Under the pieces are notes generated by a model that saw only the letters and a program-made list of their open reading frames with translations, was not told the DNA's origin and searched no databases. 64,000 nt of DNA from a virus: positions 32,001 through 96,000 of the IMG/VR virus record IMGVR_UViG_3300025759_000064; one strand, written 5' to 3'. Below are positions 46,274 through 55,807 of this stretch, in pieces. The translations under genes and the position numbers were made by a program. The stretch's first letter is position 1. Each line of letters starts with the position of its first letter.

Positions 46274-46481
46274 TGTAGTTCATGTAGAGTATGAAGTGTT
46301 ACAACATCTACTGGAAGAGATAGAACTATCAGCCTTGAAAGAAAGGATGATTAACGATGACGTTACAAAGAAGAGATTCGATTCAGGGGCTAACAATGTG
46401 GCTGAATTAGTACAGAACATGATGGATAGAAGGAAGCATAAGTTACCTAAAGACCATGTAGATTACGAGGTGAAGAAATGA
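46254..46481 (+). CDS. Hypothetical protein
   Basis: 75 aa. Confidence 0.55.
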   Translation: MKGRAVSVVHVEYEVLQHLLEEIELSALKERMINDDVTKKRFDSGANNVAELVQNMMDRRKHKLPKDHVDYEVKK

Positions 46482-46717
46482 GTAAATGGTATCCCGAAGT
46501 TATGCACCATAGTTTTGGTACTGATGGGACTGTTTGTGGCGCTAAGAACCACACATGGCCTGAGCATTATATGGATGATAAAGTAGCGAGGAAGATACCT
46601 CGTTGTAACGATTGTATGGAGATTATAAACCAATTAAAGGCGAATAATAAAACGCCAGTAAAGAGAGAGAAAACACAAGTAATGCGAGTCTACTTGAAAG
46701 ATTACTTGACTATATAA
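46478..46717 (+). CDS. Small Zn-binding protein
   Basis: H..VCG...CxxC; its stop lies inside cassette copy 8. Confidence 0.55.
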   Translation: MSKWYPEVMHHSFGTDGTVCGAKNHTWPEHYMDDKVARKIPRCNDCMEIINQLKANNKTPVKREKTQVMRVYLKDYLTI

Positions 46718-46729
46718 ACCGAGATTGAA
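46706..46729 (+). promoter_or_regulatory. 24-bp early promoter cassette, copy 8
   Basis: Exact consensus. Confidence 0.8.
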
Positions 46730-46745
46730 AGAAGGGGAGAGAAAG

Positions 46746-47039
46746 ATGACAACAAAATATGAGACTGAGATAGAAGAGATAACTGCACAAAGGGCAGCCT
46801 TAGCAGCAAGAATGAATGAATTAGTAAAGATGAAGGATATGGAAAAGACATTGAAATCGTGTGAGAAAGATGGACACGTGTGGACTTTAACTACCGTAGG
46901 TTCTGACCTATGGAACGTTTGGAACATTGGTCTTGTTTGTACTAGATGCAACGGTGCGGTGAATGTTCAAGTAGACCCTAATAGTCAAATTACTTGGGAT
47001 TCACATGAGACAGAAACGTTGAAAGAAATGTTGGAGTGA
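46746..47039 (+). CDS. Coiled-coil plus Zn-ribbon protein
   Basis: C...GHVW...CTRC. Confidence 0.6.
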   Translation: MTTKYETEIEEITAQRAALAARMNELVKMKDMEKTLKSCEKDGHVWTLTTVGSDLWNVWNIGLVCTRCNGAVNVQVDPNSQITWDSHETETLKEMLE

Positions 47040-47044
47040 TTACA

Positions 47045-47554
47045 ATGAATATATTTGTATTAGATAATAACCCTATAAAAGCAGCAGCAGCAATGGACTG
47101 CGTGAGAGTGCCTAAAATGGTCACTGAATCAGCGCAGATGATGGCATCGGCCTTGCGTAGACATGGCGCTACTGATGATATGATGCCTCTCACAAAAGCA
47201 GGTAAGCCATACAAAGGGGGCTATCATCATCACCCATGCACAGTATGGGCGGGAGATACACGTGCCAACTTCAAGTGGTTGGCCCACCATGCCGAGGCGC
47301 TGTTGGATGAGTATTACCATAGATTCGGTAAAGTTCATGCTTGTCACAACCCAATCTATCAGATGTCAAGTATGAGTAAGATGATACCCGAAGGCGACCT
47401 TACACCGTTTGCCTTAGCCATGCCTGATGAACACAAAGATGATGATGTAGTCAAAGCATACCGAGCCTACTACCACAGTAAAGCAGATAGTAAAGGTGGT
47501 GTGCATTACAGACACACAAGCCCGCCTGACTGGTGGATGGGGGTGACATCATGA
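47045..47554 (+). CDS. Pyrimidine-dimer DNA glycosylase-like protein (T4 endonuclease V/DenV superfamily)
   Basis: MNIFVLD.NP..AA, KM..ESAQM, HHPCTVW, EY..RFGKVH, AMPD, AYRAYY. Confidence 0.75.
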   Translation: MNIFVLDNNPIKAAAAMDCVRVPKMVTESAQMMASALRRHGATDDMMPLTKAGKPYKGGYHHHPCTVWAGDTRANFKWLAHHAEALLDEYYHRFGKVHACHNPIYQMSSMSKMIPEGDLTPFALAMPDEHKDDDVVKAYRAYYHSKADSKGGVHYRHTSPPDWWMGVTS

Positions 47555-47751
47555 GTGATGGAAGAGGGCAAGAATATTTAGACGAGAATCTATGCTTGCA
47601 TGATTGGGTGTCCATAGTCGATTTTGAGGTAATTAATAGTAGTGAAGATGTGCTTGTAACTCTTAGTTGTAATAGATGTGGTGAAACACAACAACATACT
47701 TTGTGTATTGAATCAATACTAGATGACTTAAAGTTGGAGTGGAATGAATGA
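47551..47751 (+). CDS. Small Zn-ribbon protein
   Basis: CLHDW...CNRC. Confidence 0.55.
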   Translation: MSDGRGQEYLDENLCLHDWVSIVDFEVINSSEDVLVTLSCNRCGETQQHTLCIESILDDLKLEWNE

Positions 47752-47854
47752 ACTTGTATGAGTTATTATGCGGCGCTTGCGGAGTAATAACTACATTTAT
47801 AGCATTCTGTGGACTAGTAATACTATTTGAAATGAGAAAATATTTGGTGATATA

Positions 47855-48559
47855 ATGAGTGACGATGCAGCAATAGAATTAGCAAAAATGCTAGGATTGA
47901 AAATTGAAGTAAAGAAAGAAAAAGTTACGCATAAGAAGTCTATTTGTAGAGTGTGTAAAGAAGAGTTTACTTACAAAGTAAAGAAAGGAAAAGCGCCAAC
48001 TCTCTGCCAATCAGAAGAATGTAGAAGGATACATAGGCGTAACATAAGAAAGCCTAAACCTAAAGTCGTTCGTAAGAATGTATGTGTCGTAGAAGGCTGT
48101 GAGACAGTCATCATACAAACTGGTAAGGGTAGAACGATTACTCATTGTGACAGTTGTAAGACTGAACTAAGAGCAGAACAAAATGCTGCATACAGGGCTA
48201 AAACTTTCATACCGTTACAGAGAGTAGGTGTTTGTATAGACTGCGGTTGTCAACTAGAAACTATGACTGGTAGAGGTAAGATGAAACTACGTTGTGCTGA
48301 ATGTCAGAAAAAGAATCACGCTAAGATTGCTAGAGAATCTGCTAAGAAAAACTACAAGACAGTGGTAAGAACTTACTTTTGTGCTGGTTGCAATAAGAAC
48401 TTTGAGCAAATAGGTAGAGGTAAGTTAAGAAAAACTTGTCCTGATTGTAAGACTGTACCCGCTAAAGTAGAGAAGAAAAGTGCGGCAGAAGAACTATTCG
48501 ATGCACTGAATGAAGAACAACAAGAAGCCATTAAACTATGGGAATCTATGAGGAAGTGA
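47855..48559 (+). CDS. Protein with four tandem Zn-ribbon repeats (CxxC..G(K/R)G..CxxC)
   Basis: Repeats visible in the translation. Confidence 0.7.
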   Translation: MSDDAAIELAKMLGLKIEVKKEKVTHKKSICRVCKEEFTYKVKKGKAPTLCQSEECRRIHRRNIRKPKPKVVRKNVCVVEGCETVIIQTGKGRTITHCDSCKTELRAEQNAAYRAKTFIPLQRVGVCIDCGCQLETMTGRGKMKLRCAECQKKNHAKIARESAKKNYKTVVRTYFCAGCNKNFEQIGRGKLRKTCPDCKTVPAKVEKKSAAEELFDALNEEQQEAIKLWESMRK

Positions 48560-48563
48560 AAGC

Positions 48564-49157
48564 ATGAGTAATATAGCAGTCTGCCAAAAATGCGGTAAAA
48601 ACTTTAGAAAGAAGAACAATAGAACAGTGCGCAGTTATTGCGATGAGTGTAGTACAAATTATACTAAAACGCTAAACAAAAGAAACGTCTACAATAGAAG
48701 TAAATCTTCCATTGAAAAAGAGACCAAAGAAGAGTACAGGATACGTTTACTAGAAGAAGAAATAAAAGAATTAAAATCTGTTTTTGAAAGTATTAGCGAT
48801 AGCACAAAAAGACAGATTGCGAAAGAAGTAGGGGTAGCCATTCAAGAAACAATGAAAATAGCCTCAAAAAACCTAGAAGAAGATTTCAATAATCATAAAC
48901 TTCTTGTCGAGAGCGTAGTATCAGATGAGTTCAAAAAACAAAACACAAAGTTTCAGAATCAATTAGCCATATTGAATACGCGAATGAAAAAGTTAGATGA
49001 AAGTTTTACAGATTTAGATACAAAGATGGCGGAACATTTACATTATTACACCACTAAACTAAGTTTACATAAGAACCGTAAAGGCGGTAGAGTACAAAAG
49101 AATCGAACTATTACTGGTAAAAAGAGGGATGAAGTTGAAAAGGGGGATGAGATATGA
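48564..49157 (+). CDS. Zn-ribbon plus coiled-coil protein
   Basis: CQKC..CDEC followed by heptads. Confidence 0.65.
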   Translation: MSNIAVCQKCGKNFRKKNNRTVRSYCDECSTNYTKTLNKRNVYNRSKSSIEKETKEEYRIRLLEEEIKELKSVFESISDSTKRQIAKEVGVAIQETMKIASKNLEEDFNNHKLLVESVVSDEFKKQNTKFQNQLAILNTRMKKLDESFTDLDTKMAEHLHYYTTKLSLHKNRKGGRVQKNRTITGKKRDEVEKGDEI

Positions 49158-49822
49158 CAATACATGACGCATGGGCGTTACTCAAGGAGGAAGTCAGATT
49201 GAGAGGCTCTACTGGGGCTGCATTGCGCATTTTACCTAGTGGTAAAAAAGTGGTAGTAAAAAGAGGCGGTCACGCTGGAGGTAACCCTCAGGCTCACATT
49301 AACAACGAGTATGACATGAATCGTTATCTGAATGAATTAGGTGTTGGTGTTCCTAATGCTCGAATGGTAGAAGAAAGAAGTAGACCTACTATGCTTACTG
49401 ATTATGAAGAAGGGGCTAGACCTGTGAATTATGGAGACAAGCAAAAATTAAGACAAGACTTCGTTCCACAGGCGCTCATAGCCAATTGGGATGTTCTAGG
49501 TATGGATATGGATAATGTTCTGATGAGGCCCGATGGCAACCTTACCTACGTAGACGTAGGAGGGGCTGGACCGTATAGAGCGCAAGGTGCGCCTAAAGGA
49601 AATGCTTGGGGTTCTAGGGTATCTGAATTACAATCAATGCAATATAAGCCACCACATACAGAAGAAGTATATGGGGGAATAACCCCTCAAGAACTAGGTC
49701 AGTCTTACGATAAATATGGCGGTAGCGATGCGATGGAGGCTGCTCTATCCTCGCTTAGAAACAGTCAGACAAGAAACGTACTACAACAAAGAATAGGCGA
49801 TATAGCAAGACAAGTTGCATAA
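49154..49822 (+). CDS. Atypical kinase-fold protein (PI3/4K-, HipA-, LepB-N-like) with HDAWALLK leader
   Basis: Gly loop GSTGA, VVK, NE, catalytic NWDVLG..MDN, DFG-like VDVGG, YRAQG.PK. Confidence 0.7.
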   Translation: MTIHDAWALLKEEVRLRGSTGAALRILPSGKKVVVKRGGHAGGNPQAHINNEYDMNRYLNELGVGVPNARMVEERSRPTMLTDYEEGARPVNYGDKQKLRQDFVPQALIANWDVLGMDMDNVLMRPDGNLTYVDVGGAGPYRAQGAPKGNAWGSRVSELQSMQYKPPHTEEVYGGITPQELGQSYDKYGGSDAMEAALSSLRNSQTRNVLQQRIGDIARQVA

Positions 49823-49828
49823 GTAACT

Positions 49829-49852
49829 TTGACTATATAAACCGAGATTGAA
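49829..49852 (+). promoter_or_regulatory. 24-bp early promoter cassette, copy 9
   Basis: Exact consensus. Confidence 0.8.
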
Positions 49853-49877
49853 TGAAAAGAATGGAAAGGGATTGAAG

Positions 49878-50192
49878 ATGTGGATAGCATTTAACGACGC
49901 ATGGTTGAGCATAGTAGAGAATAGAAATGATGAGGAAACGCTGTTAGTGAGGGCTAGGTCAAAGCAGCACTTACTAAACATATTTCCTAAGTGTGAACTG
50001 TTTAAGGATGAGACAGCAGACTATCCTTATCGGGCTTACATAGATAGAGAACATGTGGCTAACGTAGTATCCGATAGGTTAATGAAAATTAATTATCCTA
50101 ATTTCAAAGCATCGGTAAAAGACGATAAACTAGGCACTGCTTACTCTAATATATGGAGTGAGATTTACTTCTTCTATCACGATGAGAGATAA
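49878..50192 (+). CDS. Conserved viral hypothetical protein (MW..F.S.V...LLVRAR...DY.YR..Y.NFK)
   Basis: Motif pattern; ATG at 49878. Confidence 0.7.
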   Translation: MWIAFNDAWLSIVENRNDEETLLVRARSKQHLLNIFPKCELFKDETADYPYRAYIDREHVANVVSDRLMKINYPNFKASVKDDKLGTAYSNIWSEIYFFYHDER

Positions 50193-50194
50193 AC

Positions 50195-50479
50195 ATGAGA
50201 GAAAAAGACATCTATGCTTTAGGTATAGCATTCGGTATGAAGCCGTTACAGATTAACAAAGCGATTCTATCGTATACGAAAATAAGATTAGATTCAAATT
50301 GGTCTAATCAAAGAAGTAATAAGAATCTAATAATCGACTGTCTTTACTTGTATGCTAAGGAATACAAAAGCGGTATCACTGTAAAGAAAGTGGAAAGTAT
50401 AACATTGGATATGTTAGGAACGGGTACGAAACCAAAGCCAAATAAGTGGCTCGCTACTCACAAGCATCTACTGGTTTAA
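50195..50479 (+). CDS. Possible single cyclin-fold (TFB-repeat-like) protein
   Basis: RS...LIIDCLYLYAK.....ITVKKV resembles the TFIIB repeat GR....AA..Y.A.R....T..E(I/V). Confidence 0.35.
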   Translation: MREKDIYALGIAFGMKPLQINKAILSYTKIRLDSNWSNQRSNKNLIIDCLYLYAKEYKSGITVKKVESITLDMLGTGTKPKPNKWLATHKHLLV

Positions 50480-51747
50480 TGTTATTTACAGATTTGGCGA
50501 ATGCTTGGGAAAGAAGTCGCTTAGGAGATAGGAGTCTATCTTCTTTAGACTTCAATGAAGAATCGACTGCGCTTTATGCTTACGAGATTCTGTTTTCTAA
50601 TGAAACCTTGACTGAAAGAAAAGTCCTTTCTAAAGTGGCTAACGAATTAGAAGTACCGTATGAAATTGTTTTAGAATTACTTGACAAAAGAGTATCGACC
50701 TTACTCGCATCAGAGAGCAGTGCATCGAATCCTTGCGATTGGAGCATAGAAGATATGCTGAAAATAAGAAATGCTGTTATTGAAGGCGAGTATTCGTTTT
50801 TAGAATTAAGTAAACAGATGAATGAGATAGACGCTAGATTATTTTGGTCGTCCGTAATAGGCGAGCAACAGCCTATTTCCGCTCTCAGATTTTTGAGAAG
50901 ATTGAACACTGCTGTATCCCCTGACATCATATCGTCTAGTAGGGATTTTCTTACCGATAAAGAAATAATTCATGCGGTATACAATGATGTAAATTATTTA
51001 TACGACCCTAAGTTATGGTATCAGAAACCCACTGCTGCGCTAAGAAAGCGTAGATGGATTCCGTGGAGCAAGTACAAATCTGTGGATATAGATGTATACC
51101 AATCTATACCTAACAATGGTATAGTGAGCGTTGAATACAACGAGGAAGAAGACGTTATCATAGAGAAAGCAGGTGATGTAATCACCGATGTTGCATACCC
51201 CAAGCATCCTAAATTATCATTAAAAGAAAGGTTGCTAAAGTATTCTGAATCACACGATGAGGAAATCGCTTGGCCTACTCCTACACCTTCTTGGGATTCA
51301 ATAATTAAACATGAGAACACGGTACGGTTTCCTAACACTGGGGCATTCTCTCCTACTGAATATGGAGGCTATGTCTTAGTGAAGCAATCTCACATTCATA
51401 ATTTAAGATTAGCAGCATACAAACATGGTGATGTAATGGAAATAAAATTACAGGCAATCGATGGGATAGACGAGTTTTTGGATGTAGGATTTTGCGGAGT
51501 TTATATAGAGTCAGAAAAAAGTTCTATCGCATTCGATATTGAAAGAATACTTGGTGCTAATACGGAAGAAGTAAACAGGTGGAAGGTAATACCTGATGAT
51601 GTTTGCATAGTGATACGTGTGTCGTCGCCCTTTGTTGATAGAAGGTCAGGCGCTTTGAGTAAACCTTCGTTTGTAGAAATAGATAATGAAATGGGAATAT
51701 CCGATGTGGCTCAGTACGTCGATTTAGTGGGTGTAGAAAATGAATAG
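50479..51747 (+). CDS. Degenerate ATP-dependent DNA ligase-like protein
   Basis: MLF..LA..E N-terminus and ligase-OB-like C-terminus (P.FV.I..EM.ISDV); no KxDG visible. Confidence 0.45.
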   Translation: MLFTDLANAWERSRLGDRSLSSLDFNEESTALYAYEILFSNETLTERKVLSKVANELEVPYEIVLELLDKRVSTLLASESSASNPCDWSIEDMLKIRNAVIEGEYSFLELSKQMNEIDARLFWSSVIGEQQPISALRFLRRLNTAVSPDIISSSRDFLTDKEIIHAVYNDVNYLYDPKLWYQKPTAALRKRRWIPWSKYKSVDIDVYQSIPNNGIVSVEYNEEEDVIIEKAGDVITDVAYPKHPKLSLKERLLKYSESHDEEIAWPTPTPSWDSIIKHENTVRFPNTGAFSPTEYGGYVLVKQSHIHNLRLAAYKHGDVMEIKLQAIDGIDEFLDVGFCGVYIESEKSSIAFDIERILGANTEEVNRWKVIPDDVCIVIRVSSPFVDRRSGALSKPSFVEIDNEMGISDVAQYVDLVGVENE

Positions 51748-52177
51748 TGAAATAGATAGAAGAGAAGAGTGGATGGGTTTAGGTATCATATTAACCGAAC
51801 TACGTATGAAAACTTGGGTAGAGAATAGAAGTGATTCCAAATTAGGTATGAGAGTAAAGAAACAAATAAGTTGGCGCTCTCTATTTACTAGTGGTACTTA
51901 CATTCAGCAGACCTGTGTAAGCAAGTTCCTAAGTCCCTTCGGTATGGAGTTAAAAGAAAAATACCATAGCAAGGGTGACATTTTCAAGTGGTTGGTCTTA
52001 TTAGATAAGTTAGAGAACATGTATGGAATACGCTCTGCTTTATCCGATAGTGCTGGCTGGCACATGTTATCTTGGGTTGTTGATAATCCTGTCCCAAAGA
52101 CATGGGATGATTTTCTTGTTTGGGTAGAAGCACACGATACAGAATTAGATATGCTCTCATACGATGAAATTGGTTGA
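51740..52177 (+). CDS. Hypothetical protein (possible degenerate LAGLIDADG fold)
   Basis: 145 aa; KLGMRV segment only weakly suggestive. Confidence 0.5.
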   Translation: MNSEIDRREEWMGLGIILTELRMKTWVENRSDSKLGMRVKKQISWRSLFTSGTYIQQTCVSKFLSPFGMELKEKYHSKGDIFKWLVLLDKLENMYGIRSALSDSAGWHMLSWVVDNPVPKTWDDFLVWVEAHDTELDMLSYDEIG

Positions 52178-52197
52178 CTATATAAACCGAGATTGAA
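52174..52197 (+). promoter_or_regulatory. 24-bp early promoter cassette, copy 10
   Basis: Exact consensus; heads the replication operon. Confidence 0.8.
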
Positions 52198-52205
52198 TAA
52201 ACAGG

Positions 52206-53219
52206 GTGATGAAAACTCCAAGTATTTTCAATTACTCAGTAATCAGTGAAATGGCAGGTTTAGATGCTCTCAAGCAAGATGTACAATCTTGGTACGGGCA
52301 AGAGTATGAAACTGGTCAATCGGTATTACCACAGGCATTGTTGTTCTACGGTCCTCCGGGCACAGGTAAGACTAGTGCCGCTCACTGTATAGCAAGAAGT
52401 TTTCTAGGCGACAACTTCAACAGCATGAACTTCATTGAATCTAATGCAAGTGATGATAGAGGTATTGATTTCATTAGAGGCTCATTCAAAACTGCTATGA
52501 GAACAAAAGGTATAGGTGTACAAAGAAAGATAATCCTACTAGATGAAGCAGACGGGCTTACCCCAGCAGCACAAGATGCTATGCGCCAGTTGATAGAGAA
52601 GTATGCTCACAATGCAATGGTTATACTCACGTGTAATGAGATTGAAAAGATACGACCTGCTATACGTTCAAGGTGTAAAGCATACGCTTTCTCACCAGTA
52701 GATGAAACAGTAGGCGCGTCTTGGATTTATGATAGATGCGTCGCGCACCAATTGATAAATCCAACCGAAGTTTATACGGATATGATGGATGAGTTAAAAA
52801 GACTTGTAAAACATATGAACGGAGATATGAGAGCGACTATCATGTTTATGAAATCCATGAACACACAAGATGATTTCAATTCTGTAAGAATCGGTATACG
52901 TATAGACCAACTTGTATCATCCGGCGCAGAAGATTCGGTAGCATACGCAATTAACAATGAATGGTATAACCTAAGGCGAAACCTTCATGCACAAATCAAA
53001 TCCGGCAGAACACTCCCAGCCGTACTCAATGGTTTCTACGGAGACATATATTCCCACTTTGAAGATGAGGATACATTGGATATGATATGGGACATAATGG
53101 CGGTATATGGTGATACTATGACACATAGATACACATGGCCCGGCGACGACTATTCCTTCCTTGACTGGATGGTATCAAAAATGAGAAAACAAGTAAACAG
53201 AGGTAACAAAAATGAATAA
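52206..53219 (+). CDS. rfcS: Replication factor C small subunit (clamp loader)
   Basis: GPPGTGKT, NASDDRGID, LDEAD, AQDAMR, SRC. Confidence 0.9.
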   Translation: MMKTPSIFNYSVISEMAGLDALKQDVQSWYGQEYETGQSVLPQALLFYGPPGTGKTSAAHCIARSFLGDNFNSMNFIESNASDDRGIDFIRGSFKTAMRTKGIGVQRKIILLDEADGLTPAAQDAMRQLIEKYAHNAMVILTCNEIEKIRPAIRSRCKAYAFSPVDETVGASWIYDRCVAHQLINPTEVYTDMMDELKRLVKHMNGDMRATIMFMKSMNTQDDFNSVRIGIRIDQLVSSGAEDSVAYAINNEWYNLRRNLHAQIKSGRTLPAVLNGFYGDIYSHFEDEDTLDMIWDIMAVYGDTMTHRYTWPGDDYSFLDWMVSKMRKQVNRGNKNE

Positions 53220-54543
53220 TGCAAGTGAGAATAACCCGTTCAAACAACGGGAAGAAAAGAAAGACGAATGGCCCGAAGAGGTGATGCTGCGTTTCAAGAT
53301 GCAAGCGGAAAGAACTGGTGAAAGTGTGGAGAAAGTTATCGAAGCATACATCAAACATATCGCTGACACATGGAACTGCACCGATTGGACTGCCGAAGAT
53401 GCAGACTTATTGGTAGATTGGGCAGAAGGAATGTACATCGAAGATAGAAGCAGCAACATAAGCGGTGGCGGTGGAGACACAGTTACTTTCGTAGGACACT
53501 GGATGGGTGTAGAAGAGAAATCAGCAGATAGAAACGGTTGGTCTGTAAGAAATGCTAGACAGAAATGGCAAGAAGACCCTAATGCGGCTATGTCAGACGG
53601 TGTTGTAGGACACTACTATGAAGAAGATGGTGTGTGGGCTATTAACACCGCTAACGGTGCTCTAGTAACCACAGACCCAGCAAACGTAGACCCTACTATG
53701 GGATTCAAACAAGGTGATGATTGGATTTGCCTACTTAGCAAAGCGGGTAGACCGTATCCATACGAAAGAATGGGTAGGTATTACAGATTCTTCGGTAATG
53801 AGCCAAAGAAGTTCTTAGATGGCGACTTACAATTTTGGAGAGTAGACCTAACTAACGAAAACAGAAACATGAAGATAGACGTAGGTTCTCCTGTATCTAT
53901 CCAAGTTAGACTACCTAATACTAAAAGTGAAGCATTCCAAGACGTTCTAAGCACCAATTACAACTTTAGCGAAACTATGCAATACACCGATGAATGGTGT
54001 CCTGAGCATATCAGACATCATCTACAACCTTTCAAGATGTGGACTAACGATGACTACATGGGAGATGCATACGTAAACCTAACAGAACTAGAAGATGCAT
54101 ACAACGCTGGTAAAAGACACTTTACTGGTAGAGATGGTAACGATGGTACGGTTGGACCTGATGTAATCGTAAGAGGTAGTGTAATGAGAATGTCTACCGA
54201 AGGTAAACCTAGTGATTGGGATGAGACAGGGCGTAACTTTAGCCTATCTGTATCTTCCTTGAATCTACAAAATCAACACGGTAAAGGTAGAATGAGCGAA
54301 ATCCCTTGTTGGGTTAGTGGTTCATGCAACGATATTGCAAGCCCATTCCACTTTAGAGACATAGACGATGAACTATGGGGCTTTGGAGAAAAGAGTTCTG
54401 TACTAGTCTATGGTAGACTAAAGATGAAAGTACAAGACGGACAAAGTATGCCACAACTAGCAGTGTTTGGTGTATATACAAATCCATCAAGAGCAATTAG
54501 AAGAGTCGGTGGTGGGGACACCGATTCTTCACAATTTGAGTGA
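53212..54543 (+). CDS. Putative ssDNA-binding/RPA-like replication protein
   Basis: 443 aa, beta-rich with an acidic C-tail, located between RFC and PolB; function inferred from context. Confidence 0.4.
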   Translation: MNNASENNPFKQREEKKDEWPEEVMLRFKMQAERTGESVEKVIEAYIKHIADTWNCTDWTAEDADLLVDWAEGMYIEDRSSNISGGGGDTVTFVGHWMGVEEKSADRNGWSVRNARQKWQEDPNAAMSDGVVGHYYEEDGVWAINTANGALVTTDPANVDPTMGFKQGDDWICLLSKAGRPYPYERMGRYYRFFGNEPKKFLDGDLQFWRVDLTNENRNMKIDVGSPVSIQVRLPNTKSEAFQDVLSTNYNFSETMQYTDEWCPEHIRHHLQPFKMWTNDDYMGDAYVNLTELEDAYNAGKRHFTGRDGNDGTVGPDVIVRGSVMRMSTEGKPSDWDETGRNFSLSVSSLNLQNQHGKGRMSEIPCWVSGSCNDIASPFHFRDIDDELWGFGEKSSVLVYGRLKMKVQDGQSMPQLAVFGVYTNPSRAIRRVGGGDTDSSQFE

Positions 54544-54552
54544 GGTGAGAAA

Positions 54553-54825
54553 GTGACAGATAAGAAAAGAACGAAAAAAGAATTGGAAGAAGAATTGGAG
54601 ACAGCCGTATCAAACAATGCGAGCCTAGTAGAGCAATACAACACGCTTTACACAGATGCTATGCAGGTACAGAAAGTTGCAGGTGACAGACTGGTTAGCA
54701 TTAGGTTGCTAGAAGCGTTTGCTAATGAAGTGAATGCAGCGTTAAACAAACTACGTAATGACATAGCAGAAGTTAGCAGGGCTAATCAAGCAGAAGCACA
54801 GGCAGCAGAAGAGGAGCAGAATTAA
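54553..54825 (+). CDS. Coiled-coil protein
   Basis: 90 aa; GAGGTGA SD. Confidence 0.65.
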   Translation: MTDKKRTKKELEEELETAVSNNASLVEQYNTLYTDAMQVQKVAGDRLVSIRLLEAFANEVNAALNKLRNDIAEVSRANQAEAQAAEEEQN

Positions 54826-54826
54826 G

Positions 54827-55081
54827 ATGGCGGGTTTTGGAGAGAGTAAGAAAGTGCAACAAAAGGCAAGCGAAGAACCTGCTGACCCTTTTGCAGACTT
54901 GAGAACCGAATTAGCAGATGTAAATGCTAACAGACCTAAGACACACATTTTCATGGCTTTAGTTGGTCAAGAAAATACAGGTAAAAGTGCTATAATATTT
55001 GACTTCTTTCAGAGGTATTGCGATTCGTTTGATACAGGCAGACAGACTAACTTAGTAGAGTTTACAGAGGTGAATAAATGA
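54827..55081 (+). CDS. N-terminal (Walker A) part of a split RecA/Sak4-like ATPase
   Basis: MALVGQENTGKS, then a stop 30 codons later. Confidence 0.65.
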   Translation: MAGFGESKKVQQKASEEPADPFADLRTELADVNANRPKTHIFMALVGQENTGKSAIIFDFFQRYCDSFDTGRQTNLVEFTEVNK

Positions 55082-55803
55082 GCGATAAACCTAAGCAATT
55101 TTGGGTAATTGACTTTGACAACGGTGGCTCTGCTACTAAGTCTGCGTTCTATGCCAACAATGACAACATCAAGTGCTGGGAGCCGTGGGTGATGAACAAG
55201 AACGATAGGACAGCCTATGACTATCCAGCAACACACGATAGGACAGTTAAGATAATGCAGTTCGCATTAGATTCACATGAGGATTTGTGGGGTGTCTTGG
55301 TCACTGGTATAGATTTGTGGGATTCTGTCGCGACCAACTGTATGAGAATACAGGATTTGGGATTATCCAAAGACGGTATCGAAGCGGCTGATAACAGAGG
55401 TCAAGGAGAGAACAAGAGAGTGCAGTCACAATGGGACTGGTCTATTCGTTCTACAAGATTCCATCAACTTACTGCTTTATCACGTGCACTTGTAAAGAGA
55501 GGGGTGAATGTATTTTGGGAAACACACTTGAAAGATGTCTACAACAAGCAAGGTGAGATTACTGCTAAAGAAGGACAACCTGCATGGGAGAAAACAACAG
55601 CAGGTTACATGTACCAAATTATACATTGCAGACGTAAAGATTCCTACGATGACGATGGTGAGGTTACACGTTCTGAGTTTACCGCCACCTTTGAGAAATC
55701 AAAGACCGATGCGACACTACAAGGACAACGTAGTACTATACTGATAACTGAGCAGGGTAAACAACCTTCGTGGTTAGGCTTACCTGAATTACAAAGGCTG
55801 TGA
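55078..55803 (+). CDS. C-terminal part of a split RecA/Sak4 (AAA_24)-like ATPase
   Basis: WVIDFDNGG, VLVTGID, WETH; no Walker A; has its own GAGGTGA SD. Confidence 0.65.
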   Translation: MSDKPKQFWVIDFDNGGSATKSAFYANNDNIKCWEPWVMNKNDRTAYDYPATHDRTVKIMQFALDSHEDLWGVLVTGIDLWDSVATNCMRIQDLGLSKDGIEAADNRGQGENKRVQSQWDWSIRSTRFHQLTALSRALVKRGVNVFWETHLKDVYNKQGEITAKEGQPAWEKTTAGYMYQIIHCRRKDSYDDDGEVTRSEFTATFEKSKTDATLQGQRSTILITEQGKQPSWLGLPELQRL

Positions 55804-55807
55804 ATCA

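Noticed and set aside
49878-50192. MWIAFNDAWLSIV as another leader-tagged protein
   Set aside because: There is no terminal LK, and the segment fits the beta-strand start of its own conserved family.
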